64,000 nucleotides of DNA from the NCBI GenBank assembly GCA_005787785.1, contig SXZT01000038.1, positions 41,816 to 105,815 of the forward strand. The letters run 5' to 3'. The translations under genes and the position numbers were made by a program. Below, piece after piece: positions 53,611 to 62,002 of this stretch; position 1 is the stretch's first letter, and every line of letters begins with the position of its first letter. The stretch comes from Actinomycetota bacterium (GTDB lineage: Bacteria > Actinomycetota > Acidimicrobiia > Acidimicrobiales > Ilumatobacteraceae). Below the pieces are notes generated by a model, which saw nothing but the letters and a program-made list of their open reading frames with translations, ran no database searches and was not told the origin of the DNA.

Positions 53611-55889
53611 AGAACACCCCCTCCTCGACACGCACGAGGAATCGTGGCGTTCTCGGTACGTCGGCCCTGCGTCCTGACGGGGTGGCGAAGACGCAGGGAA
53701 ATTTCGCGTTCTCGTCTGACTTCCAGGCCGAAAACATGCTCTGGGGAGCAACGTTGCGTTCGCCCCATCCCCATGCACGGATCGTGTCGATCGATCCGTC
53801 CGAAGCATGGAAGATCTCCGGAGTCGAGGCGATCATCTTTGCCGACGACGTGCCGGGAAAAGCGACCTACGGACTCATTGCTTCCGACCAACCCGTCTTT
53901 GCGCGCGACGTGGTGCGCTACATGGGTGAGCCGATCGCGGCCGTGGCGGCCGACCATCCCGAGACCTGCCGCCGCGCCATCGCTGCGATCAAGGTCGTGT
54001 ACGAGGGGCTTCCGGTGCTCTCCGATATGGACGCCGCCATCGATCCGGCGACCCCGGCGATTCATCCCGACGGCAACGTCTTTCGTCACCAACGAATCGT
54101 CTCGGGCAACCCGGATGTCATGGGCGACGTCGTCGTCGAGGGAACCTACGACATCGGCATGCAGGACCAGGCGTTTCTCGGTCTCGAAGCCGCACTCGCC
54201 TATCCCGATCCGGGCGGAGCGGGAGTCGAGCTGGTCGTGGCAACACAGTGGCTTCACGAGGACCGCAAACAGATCGCCGACTGTCTCGACCTTGCACCCG
54301 AGAAGGTTCGACTTGTTCTCGGCGGCGTCGGCGGAGCCTTCGGCGCACGCGAGGACATCTCCCTGCAGGTCCACACTTGTCTCCTCGCATTGCGCACCGG
54401 ACGCCCGGTGAAGGTCCAGTACGGCCGCGAGGAAAGTTTCTTTGGGCACGTCCACAGACACCCCGGACGCATCCATCTCCGCCACCATGCGGACCGCGCC
54501 GGAAAGTTGGTCAAGGTCGAGGGTTGGATGAAACTCGATGGTGGCGCCTACGCCTCGACCTCGTCAGCGGTGCTCATCAACGGAATCACCCACCTTCAGG
54601 GACCGTACGCCTGCGACAACTCGCGCCTCGATGCATGGGCGACACGCACGAACAATCCACCGTGCGGAGCAATGCGGGGCTTCGGCGTGGTGCAGGCCTG
54701 CTTCGCACACGAAGGACAGATGGACAAACTCGCTGCGGCTCTGGGCCTGTCACCCGTCGAAATACGACTTCGCAACGCGATGAAAACGGGTGACAAGCTC
54801 TTCACCGGGCAGGTCGTCGACAGCGTCGCCCCCGTTGCACGCTGCATTCGTGAAACCGATGCAATTCCCCTGCCAGCCGACGCGCAGTACGGCACGGGTT
54901 CGCTCGAATTACCCGGTGGTTCGGGTCGCACCTCCGACCCCTCCCACATCCGTCGAGGGATCGGCTGGGGTGTCTCGATCAAGAACCTGATGTACTCCGA
55001 AGGTTTCGACGATTCGGCCGAAGCCCGCTGCACGCTCGTCGATGGGGTCGCGACGCTCAAATTTGCCACGGCAGAGGTGGGGCAGGGTTTCGTTGTCCTT
55101 GCACAACAAATCGCCCGCACGGTCCTCGGTGTCGACACCGTCGTTCTCGACACGATCGACACTCAAATCGGATCCGCGGGATCGACCTCGGCCTCCCGAC
55201 AAACGTGGATGAGCGGCGGCGCAGTGGACGGCGCATGCCGCCTGGTGCGAGAGAGGCTGTTTGAACACGTGGCCCACCTCCACAACCTCGATCCACTTCA
55301 GCTCGTCATCGAGGGAACAGAAATCGTCGACACGCTCGGTCCGCTGCGCATGCCGGTCGCAGAAGCAAGCAAAGGGCTCCGCATCGAGCAGACCTTTCTG
55401 CACCGTCATCGGCCAACCGAGGAACTCGACGAAAACGGCCAGGGGAACTGCCACGTCGCGTTCGCATTCGTCGCGCACCGTGCCGTGGTCGATGTCGACA
55501 CCGAACTGGGACTGGTCAAGGTCGTGCAAATTGCAACGGCACAAGACGTCGGTCAGGTGTTGAACCCGCTCGCGCTGCTGGGTCAAATCGAAGGCGGTAT
55601 TGCGCAGGGTCTCGGGCTCGCGGTGATGGAGGAAATAGTTGTCGATCGCGGAGTCGTCAGAAATCCGAGTTTCACCGACTATCTCCTGCCGACGACCCTC
55701 GACGCGCCGGACGTCGTTGCGATTCCCATCGAAGAGTACGAACCCCTCGCTCCTCTCGGTGCAAAAGGCGTGGGTGAGCCACCGTGTATTTCGGTCACGC
55801 CTGCGATCGTTGCGGCAATCCGCAACGCGACCGGACGCGACATCGTGCGTACACCGGTGCGACCCCAGGACATCTGTCTCCCGTCCTGA
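53607..55889 (+). CDS. molybdopterin-binding large subunit, xanthine dehydrogenase/aldehyde oxidase type
   Basis: GTG 53607 overlaps the upstream stop (GTGA). GGAFGARED, TNNPPCGAMRGFG and GAKGVGEPP (catalytic Glu) motifs. Lacks the CO-dehydrogenase AYRCSFR-type active-site loop. Confidence 0.9.
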   Translation: MKNTPSSTRTRNRGVLGTSALRPDGVAKTQGNFAFSSDFQAENMLWGATLRSPHPHARIVSIDPSEAWKISGVEAIIFADDVPGKATYGLIASDQPVFARDVVRYMGEPIAAVAADHPETCRRAIAAIKVVYEGLPVLSDMDAAIDPATPAIHPDGNVFRHQRIVSGNPDVMGDVVVEGTYDIGMQDQAFLGLEAALAYPDPGGAGVELVVATQWLHEDRKQIADCLDLAPEKVRLVLGGVGGAFGAREDISLQVHTCLLALRTGRPVKVQYGREESFFGHVHRHPGRIHLRHHADRAGKLVKVEGWMKLDGGAYASTSSAVLINGITHLQGPYACDNSRLDAWATRTNNPPCGAMRGFGVVQACFAHEGQMDKLAAALGLSPVEIRLRNAMKTGDKLFTGQVVDSVAPVARCIRETDAIPLPADAQYGTGSLELPGGSGRTSDPSHIRRGIGWGVSIKNLMYSEGFDDSAEARCTLVDGVATLKFATAEVGQGFVVLAQQIARTVLGVDTVVLDTIDTQIGSAGSTSASRQTWMSGGAVDGACRLVRERLFEHVAHLHNLDPLQLVIEGTEIVDTLGPLRMPVAEASKGLRIEQTFLHRHRPTEELDENGQGNCHVAFAFVAHRAVVDVDTELGLVKVVQIATAQDVGQVLNPLALLGQIEGGIAQGLGLAVMEEIVVDRGVVRNPSFTDYLLPTTLDAPDVVAIPIEEYEPLAPLGAKGVGEPPCISVTPAIVAAIRNATGRDIVRTPVRPQDICLPS

Positions 55890-55919
55890 CCGGTCGAGCC
55901 GATCAGCCGAACGCACCAA

Positions 55920-56999
55920 TCAATCGAACAGTTCGCGACCCATTGAGTCGACGGCTGCCGCAAAGTGACGCTCCGCCATCGATGCAATGAGTTGCTTTCC
56001 GCGTTCGTTGCCGAGGTCGAAGGTCGCACCGGTGAGCACGGCAGTCGAGGTTCCACCGATCACATTGGCCAACCGGTAGTCGCGCATGAAGGATTCGGCG
56101 GCGTAGACGACTCCACCCTTGCGCAGCGCTTCGAGGTAGTACTTGATCCACCGATCCTCGTTCTTGCGGCGAACCTCAACCGACACGCTACCCCCGAGCA
56201 GATACGCAAGGTCGTACGCAGCAGGACCGCGGCCAAGGCTTTGCCAATCGATGACGGCCACGCGATCTTCGTCGAACATCAGGTTGTCGACCCGGTAGTC
56301 GAGGTGCAGCATCGTCCACGGCGCCGTGGAAAATTCCTCGCAGGCACGCCAATAGTTCGTCGAGATCCACTCGCCGAGAGCCAAACCCTCTTCCGACAGC
56401 ATGTTGCCGAAGTTGGGCTGGAACATCTGCCAGAGAGCGGGCCACATCTGAGCGAAAGTCTGGATGCGCTCGTGGACGGTGCTCGGTGCCCATGCAATGG
56501 CCGGGTCGTCGGCCTTGCCCCACCAGCTCGCGTGAATGGCTGCAAGAGAGTCGATCGCTGCAATGGTTTGCGCGTCGGACATGCCCTCGATCTGAGACAC
56601 CATGGACAAGTCACCCATGTCCTCCATCACGATGACGAAGTTCGCGGTGCCCGACTGAATGTCGGCAAAGTAGGCCTTCGGTACGAATGCGACCGTGCGG
56701 TCTGCACACTTCGCGTAGAAGTTGACCTCAGCCTCGTACATCCCGAGCGAGATGCCCTGCTCGCGGTTGGCGTCAGCGCGTGACGGCAACTTCACCACGA
56801 CCGAAGCCGGACCGGTACCGCTCGCGTAATCGATCTCTGCGCGGTAGATCTCGCCCATGACGCCGATCCCCTCGCCGATCTGCACGAGTTTGATCGATCC
56901 AATCGCCCCAATCTCGGCCTTGCCACCGGCCTTGATGGCTGCCTCCAGCCAGGTCGAGGTCACTTCTGTCACGTCGGAGGGAATCGCCACGCTTGCCAT
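55920..56999 (-). CDS. phosphotransferase (APH / ecdysteroid-kinase-like) family protein
   Basis: Catalytic loop ...MLHLDYRVDNLMF... and ...VAVIDWQS... of the aminoglycoside-phosphotransferase-like kinase fold. TAGTGT box 6 nt upstream of the ATG. Confidence 0.75.
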   Translation of the reverse strand: MASVAIPSDVTEVTSTWLEAAIKAGGKAEIGAIGSIKLVQIGEGIGVMGEIYRAEIDYASGTGPASVVVKLPSRADANREQGISLGMYEAEVNFYAKCADRTVAFVPKAYFADIQSGTANFVIVMEDMGDLSMVSQIEGMSDAQTIAAIDSLAAIHASWWGKADDPAIAWAPSTVHERIQTFAQMWPALWQMFQPNFGNMLSEEGLALGEWISTNYWRACEEFSTAPWTMLHLDYRVDNLMFDEDRVAVIDWQSLGRGPAAYDLAYLLGGSVSVEVRRKNEDRWIKYYLEALRKGGVVYAAESFMRDYRLANVIGGTSTAVLTGATFDLGNERGKQLIASMAERHFAAAVDSMGRELFD

Positions 57000-57008
57000 G
57001 CGGCGACA

Positions 57009-58325
57009 CTAGTCGGAGAGGCCGAAAATACGACTCACGTAGTCGTTCACGAAGACCCCGTGCGGGTCGAAACAGCGGCGAACGTCGAGGAACTTGCCCC
57101 ACTCGGGATACAGCGGCGCCAGATCCTTCGCCCCGAGAAAGTGCATCTTTCCCCAGTGGGGACGCCCGCCGTAGTCACGCATGATCGCTTCGACTTCTCG
57201 GAAGTACTCCTCGAAGGGTGTTCCCTTGAACATGTGCACCGCGATGTACGCGGTCTCGCGGCCGTGGGCAGTCGACAGCAAGATGTCGTCTGGGGCGGTG
57301 AAGCGAACTTCGACGGGGAAGCTGATGCGAAACCCCTTTTTGTCGATCATCGCGCGCACGCGCGACAGTGCCTCGGCGCACGCGGCACGGGGAATCGCAT
57401 ACTCCATCTCGATGAAACGCACTCGCCGTGCGCTGGCAAACACCTTGTGACTGGCGTTCGAATACGACACCTGCCCCGAACTCGGGAGGGCGGTCGCGAG
57501 CCGAGGGACCAGCGAGGGAACGGCACGCCCGACCCGACACACCATGCCGAAAGCGGTGTTTTCAAGGAAAGACTTCTGCCACCATTCACGCATCCGAGGC
57601 ATCGGCACTGCGGGATCGTCGGTTCGGTTGTTCCGCTTCGTGATCGCCCAGCCCGTATGCGGGATCCAGAAAAACTCGAAGTGATCGTTCGTCGACACGT
57701 GTTCATCGAGAGATGACAACAATGTGTCGAGGCGCATCGGCGTTTCCACTGCAGTCAGCACGAATGCGGGCACCACACGCAACCGCACCGAGGTGATGAT
57801 GCCGAGCGATCCAACTCCAACGACGGCGGCACGGAACGCACTGCCGTCGGCCGCGGTCAAGCGCCTCTCCGCACCCGTGCCGTCGATCAGGCTGATCCCA
57901 ACAACTTGGCCGGCGATTCCCGTCAATCCTGCGCCCGTCCCGTGGGTCGAAGTCGAGATGGCCCCGGAAATCGACTGATACGCAATGTCGCCGAGGTTCG
58001 CAAGTGCCCAACCCTGCCGCGCAAGCCCGTCGTTCAGGTCGGCGATCGTCACACCACCTTCGACCTCGACCTCGCCCACTGAATCATCGATACGTTCGAC
58101 GCGTCCGACACCCTTCATCTCACGCAGGTCCACGAGGACGTCGTTGGCAACTGCGGTTGCCGTGAAACTGTGGCCGGAACCAATGACCTTTACGCGCCTG
58201 TCGTCGCCAAGAGCTCGTACGACGGTTTCGCGAACCTCTGAGGCGGAACGGACGACCCGCCACGACGTCGGGCGCGCATGCTGGTTGCCGGCCCAATTCC
58301 GCCAGGTGTCAACTCTTTGTCCCAC
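57009..58325 (-). CDS. FAD-dependent D-arabinono-/L-gulono-1,4-lactone oxidase family protein
   Basis: ...WRNWAGNQ...VKVIGSGHSFT... FAD-binding domain and ...FIEMEYAIP...GRPHWGK... ALO C-terminal domain. Colinear with mycobacterial gulonolactone dehydrogenase as recalled. GTG 58325 (TTG 58334 is the alternative). The rest of ORF 57009..59078 is antisense to real genes. Confidence 0.85.
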   Translation of the reverse strand: MGQRVDTWRNWAGNQHARPTSWRVVRSASEVRETVVRALGDDRRVKVIGSGHSFTATAVANDVLVDLREMKGVGRVERIDDSVGEVEVEGGVTIADLNDGLARQGWALANLGDIAYQSISGAISTSTHGTGAGLTGIAGQVVGISLIDGTGAERRLTAADGSAFRAAVVGVGSLGIITSVRLRVVPAFVLTAVETPMRLDTLLSSLDEHVSTNDHFEFFWIPHTGWAITKRNNRTDDPAVPMPRMREWWQKSFLENTAFGMVCRVGRAVPSLVPRLATALPSSGQVSYSNASHKVFASARRVRFIEMEYAIPRAACAEALSRVRAMIDKKGFRISFPVEVRFTAPDDILLSTAHGRETAYIAVHMFKGTPFEEYFREVEAIMRDYGGRPHWGKMHFLGAKDLAPLYPEWGKFLDVRRCFDPHGVFVNDYVSRIFGLSD

Positions 58326-58332
58326 GATTGAC

Positions 58333-58342
58333 AAAGTACTCT
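58333..58342. promoter_or_regulatory. back-to-back -10 boxes sharing a central TA (AAAGTACTCT) in a 24-nt divergent gap
   Basis: Bottom strand TACTTT (58338-58333) lies 7 nt before GTG 58325. Top strand TACTCT (58337-58342) lies 7 nt before ATG 58350. Confidence 0.45.
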
Positions 58343-58349
58343 TTCGTGG

Positions 58350-58904
58350 ATGTCGACACTCTCGGTCCGCAAGTGGTTCTCGTCGCGCGAGGAGACGGTC
58401 TCGCTCTTCGGGCGCCCCCTCCCAACGGCGTCGGTTCGAGCTGTCGCGGCGGCGGTGGTGATGAACCCGTTCGCAGGTCGCCACGTCGAGGACCTCTCGC
58501 CCCTCATCTCCGCCGCTCCTGAACTCTCGGCCGAGCTCGCGCGACGTTGTCTCGCTGTGCTCGCGGCGGATCCGGAAACGATCACCGCGTACGGAAAGGG
58601 TGCGATCGTCGGACTGGACGGTGAGGCCGAACATGCTGCGGCCCTCATCCATCCGACGTTTGGCGCACCGGTTCGCGCGGCCATTGGTGGCGGTGCCGCC
58701 ATCATCCCGTCGACAAAGGTCGTCGCGGCCGCAGGATTCAGACTCACCATGCCCGTGACGAACCGCCACGACATCTGGGTGTTCGACGACATGGACGCGG
58801 CGTCCTTCGCCATCGACGACGCGCCCCACCCTGACGAGATCGTCGTCGCCCTCGTGTACGCAATCGGAGGACGACCCGGCCATCGCATCACCAAGCCAAG
58901 CTGA
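58350..58904 (+). CDS. amino-acid-synthesis (AA_synth) family protein, function unknown
   Basis: ...VRKWFSSREET......AAAVVMNPFAGRHVEDLSPLI...AYGKGAIVGLDGEAEHAAALIHP... matches the AA_synth/DUF1185 pattern as I recall it. Confidence 0.65.
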   Translation: MSTLSVRKWFSSREETVSLFGRPLPTASVRAVAAAVVMNPFAGRHVEDLSPLISAAPELSAELARRCLAVLAADPETITAYGKGAIVGLDGEAEHAAALIHPTFGAPVRAAIGGGAAIIPSTKVVAAAGFRLTMPVTNRHDIWVFDDMDAASFAIDDAPHPDEIVVALVYAIGGRPGHRITKPS

Positions 58905-58929
58905 CACCGAGAATCCGGACCACCAGACC

Positions 58930-59259
58930 ATGTTCAAGGCAATCATTCTTCTCACCCGCGGCACGGAGCAGTCCCCCGAGGACTTTCGTCGCTGGTGGCT
59001 CGAGGAACACGCACTGCTCGCCCGCCAACTCCCCGGACTTCGCGGCCTGGTCTTCAATCTCGTTTCACCAGGCCTCAACGGGGACGCAGAACTCCCTTAC
59101 GACGGGGTTTCCGAGCTGTGGTTCGACAGCCGCCAGGCCTTCGACGCCGCCTATTCCACCGATTTGGGCAAGAGGGTGGCATCCGACTCGCTGCAGCACG
59201 TGAGCGGTCGTTTACGTTTGTTTGTGGAAGAGCACGTCCAAGAAAGGCTTCAGTCATGA
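58930..59259 (+). CDS. EthD domain protein
   Basis: 109 aa. MFKAIILLTR...PEDFRRWWLEEHALLARQLPGLRGLV.N is typical of EthD / dimeric alpha-beta barrel proteins. Stop overlaps the Rieske gene start (ATGA). Confidence 0.7.
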   Translation: MFKAIILLTRGTEQSPEDFRRWWLEEHALLARQLPGLRGLVFNLVSPGLNGDAELPYDGVSELWFDSRQAFDAAYSTDLGKRVASDSLQHVSGRLRLFVEEHVQERLQS

Positions 59260-60713
59260 CTGCAATTGAGAACAATCCGGGAATTTCTCAGTCCCGCGGC
59301 GCCAAGGTCCAGGACATCTTGAAGACCGACACACGCCCCGTGCCGAAAGCGTTCCTCGATTTTGCCAGCCCGTATGTGGGCTCGGAGGAGGTTCCGAAGT
59401 CGCGTTTCACGTCGCCTGAATTCGCTGCACTCGAGAAGCAGTACGTCTGGATGAAAACCTGGCAGTTCGCCTGCCTCGAGGACGAGCTCAAAGAGCCGGG
59501 GTCGCACGTGGTCTACGACGTTGCCGACGAATCGCTCATCATCATCCGCGGCAAGGACGGCGAAATTCGCGCCCTGCACAATGCGTGCATGCACCGCGGC
59601 ACTCGCCTCACAGATGATGCAGGTCGTGTCGACTCCTTCGTGTGTCCGTTCCACGGATGGGAGTGGGACAACAAGGGCGACCTCGTCAACGTGCCCGGGT
59701 CGTGGGACTTCCCGCAGTTCATCCACGGTTCTAAACCGACGTGTTTGCCCCAGGCGAAGGTCGCCACTTGGGACGGTCTCGTCTTCATCAACTTCGACCA
59801 GAACGCCAGGCCCTTCGACGAGTACGCAGCGAAGATGATCGAACACTTCAAGGAATTCCCTCTTTCGAAGCGTTACAAGGCGTTCCACGCAGTCAAGGAA
59901 GTCGAATGCAACTGGAAGGTTCTGATGGAGGCCTTCAGTGAGGGCTACCACGTCCTTGTTACCCATCCGCAGATCGTGCCGTTCTGTGGCGACGAGAACA
60001 GCGAGTACTCGATCTATCCCGACAACCCCGAGGTGTCGCGCTTCTTCAACCCCTTTGGTGTGCAGTCTCCACACATTCTCGAGACGCTCTCCGAAGAGAC
60101 GATCGCCGAAGAGTTCGTCGCGTTCTCCAGTCGCAGCCGCGGATACTCCGACCAGACCCGCCCCGAGGTGCCCGCGGGCGTCGAAGCACGTGCCTACGTT
60201 GCCGAAACGTTCCGCGAGCGCATGTCGGCAATGTTCCGCGCGAACCTCGACAACTACTCGGACTCCGAGATTCTCGACGCTGTTCTCTACCACCTGTTCC
60301 CCGCCTTCGCCCCCTGGGCCGGCATCGGCCAGCCACTCATGTATCGCTGGCGCCCGGGCCGCACACCCGACACTGCCTTCATGGACGTCATCCGCATGGT
60401 GGTCGTGCCCGACAACGAGCCGAAACCCGATCCGGCACCGACCACGAAACTGCGCCGTGATCAGCGTTGGGTCGAAGCACCCGGTATGGCCGGTCTCGCC
60501 GACGTATTCGAACAGGACATGTCGAACGTGCCCTTCGTGCAACAGGGACTCAAGTCGTCGGGCAAGAAGACGGTGACCTACGCGAACTACATGGAAGGCA
60601 AGCTGCGTCACTTCCACAAGATGCTCGACATGTACATCGAAGAGGGCCTGCGCGCCGACGGCAAAAGCCTCGACGTTCTCGACCCCCATCGCGTGGGCGC
60701 ACAACTCGACTGA
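59256..60713 (+). CDS. Rieske (2Fe-2S) aromatic-ring-hydroxylating oxygenase, alpha subunit (homo-oligomeric, KshA/phthalate-type)
   Basis: Rieske motif CMHRG...CPFHGW. Mononuclear-iron motif NWKVLMEAFSEGYHVLVTHP. No beta-subunit gene adjacent. Confidence 0.9.
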   Translation: MTAIENNPGISQSRGAKVQDILKTDTRPVPKAFLDFASPYVGSEEVPKSRFTSPEFAALEKQYVWMKTWQFACLEDELKEPGSHVVYDVADESLIIIRGKDGEIRALHNACMHRGTRLTDDAGRVDSFVCPFHGWEWDNKGDLVNVPGSWDFPQFIHGSKPTCLPQAKVATWDGLVFINFDQNARPFDEYAAKMIEHFKEFPLSKRYKAFHAVKEVECNWKVLMEAFSEGYHVLVTHPQIVPFCGDENSEYSIYPDNPEVSRFFNPFGVQSPHILETLSEETIAEEFVAFSSRSRGYSDQTRPEVPAGVEARAYVAETFRERMSAMFRANLDNYSDSEILDAVLYHLFPAFAPWAGIGQPLMYRWRPGRTPDTAFMDVIRMVVVPDNEPKPDPAPTTKLRRDQRWVEAPGMAGLADVFEQDMSNVPFVQQGLKSSGKKTVTYANYMEGKLRHFHKMLDMYIEEGLRADGKSLDVLDPHRVGAQLD

Positions 60714-60757
60714 CCGCTCACACCCCGCCGACTAATGTCGTGCAGGGGGGTAGCAAC

Positions 60758-62002
60758 GTGTTGTCAGTCAAGGAAGCCGGTCAGGTGTTTGTCACACCGG
60801 CTGCGTACGCCGACGAGAATCTCTTTTACCAAGCGTGTGCCGTTTTGCGCCGGGAAGACCCTGTCCATCTCGTCCGCCACGACAACTTCAACCCATTCCA
60901 CGCAGTCACGCGCCATGCAGACGTCCTGTCGGTCGAACTGCGCAACAACATCTTTCGCAACGAGCCGCGGTCGGTGCTCGGAACGAAGGCCGACGACGAG
61001 CGCGCGGCCAAGAACGGCAACCTGCTCCGCACCCTGATCCACGTCGACGGGTCCGAACATCGCGCGCTGCGAGGCATCACCTCCGACTGGTTCCTCCCCA
61101 AGAGCCTCGCCCGACTCGATGATCGTCTGTCCGGCCTCGCCCGCGCTTCTGTCGACCGCATGGTGGAGATGGGTGGTGAATGCGACTTTGCCCGCGACAT
61201 CGCGATGCCACTGCCCCTCAACGTCATTCTTGCGATTCTCGGTCTTCCCGAAACCGACTACCCACGCATGTTGAAGCTGACCCAAGAGCTGTTCGGCAAC
61301 GCCGACGAAGAACTGCGTCGGGGGTCCACACCCGAGGCGCTGATTGCAGTCGTGCAGGACTTCTTCGCCTACTTCACTGAACTCACGCACCAGCGTCGCG
61401 AGGAACCCCGTGACGACCTCACATCGGTCATCGCAAACGCTCTGATCGAGGGCCAACCACTCACGGACATCCAGACGATCTCGTACTACGTGATTGCCGC
61501 CACGGCGGGACACGACACGACATCGGCCTCGATGGCTGGTGGCCTGCACGCGCTCATCGAGAATCCCGGTCAACTCGAACTTCTGAAGGCCCGTCCCGAA
61601 CACATCGCGACCGCAATCGACGAAATCATCCGCTGGGTCACCCCCGTCAAACACTTCATGCGCAACGCTAGTGAGGACGCCGAGGTGGGTGGAAGGGTGA
61701 TTCGCAAGGGTGAGAGCGTCCTCCTGTCGTACCCCTCCGCCAACCGCGACGAAACTGTGTTCACGAATCCCGATCGTTTCGACGTCACGCGCAGCCCGAA
61801 CAAGCACCTCGCATTCGGTTTCGGCGTCCACTATTGCCTGGGCGCCCTGCTTGCACGGATGGAGCTGCGAGCGCTGTTGACCGAACTCATCCCCCGCCTC
61901 GATCATGTCGAACTTGCCGGCGAGCCCGCGCTCATGAAGACGCTGTTCGTTGGCGGGCTGAAGCGACTGCCAATCAAATACTCGGTACGAGAAGCAGCGT
62001 GA
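60758..62002 (+). CDS. cytochrome P450
   Basis: Heme-thiolate loop FGFGVHYCLGALLAR, I-helix AGHDTT, and ExxR (EIIR). GTG 60758 is preceded by a GGGGGG RBS. Confidence 0.92.
   Translation: MLSVKEAGQVFVTPAAYADENLFYQACAVLRREDPVHLVRHDNFNPFHAVTRHADVLSVELRNNIFRNEPRSVLGTKADDERAAKNGNLLRTLIHVDGSEHRALRGITSDWFLPKSLARLDDRLSGLARASVDRMVEMGGECDFARDIAMPLPLNVILAILGLPETDYPRMLKLTQELFGNADEELRRGSTPEALIAVVQDFFAYFTELTHQRREEPRDDLTSVIANALIEGQPLTDIQTISYYVIAATAGHDTTSASMAGGLHALIENPGQLELLKARPEHIATAIDEIIRWVTPVKHFMRNASEDAEVGGRVIRKGESVLLSYPSANRDETVFTNPDRFDVTRSPNKHLAFGFGVHYCLGALLARMELRALLTELIPRLDHVELAGEPALMKTLFVGGLKRLPIKYSVREAA

Noticed and set aside
53607-55889. Aerobic CO dehydrogenase (coxMSL), suggested by the M-S-L gene order
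   Set aside because: The large subunit has the xanthine-dehydrogenase-type GAMRGFG loop instead of the CoxL (V)AYRCSFR / AYRGAGR active-site loop. No coxDEFG accessory genes are present.
47597-55889. Selenium-dependent molybdenum hydroxylase / selenoprotein context, as in clostridial and E. coli ygf loci
   Set aside because: There are no in-frame TGA codons in the hydroxylase or neighbouring genes. No selD, yqeB/yqeC or ygfK homologues occur in the window.
58326-59078. Upstream 251 codons of ORF 57009..59078
   Set aside because: It is antisense to the AA_synth and EthD genes. Homology to lactone oxidases begins at about 58325.
59250-61906. Two long minus-strand ORFs (59250..60704, 484 aa; 60764..61906, 380 aa) opposite the Rieske and P450 genes
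   Set aside because: The plus-strand frames carry textbook Rieske and P450 motifs. The minus-strand translations have none.
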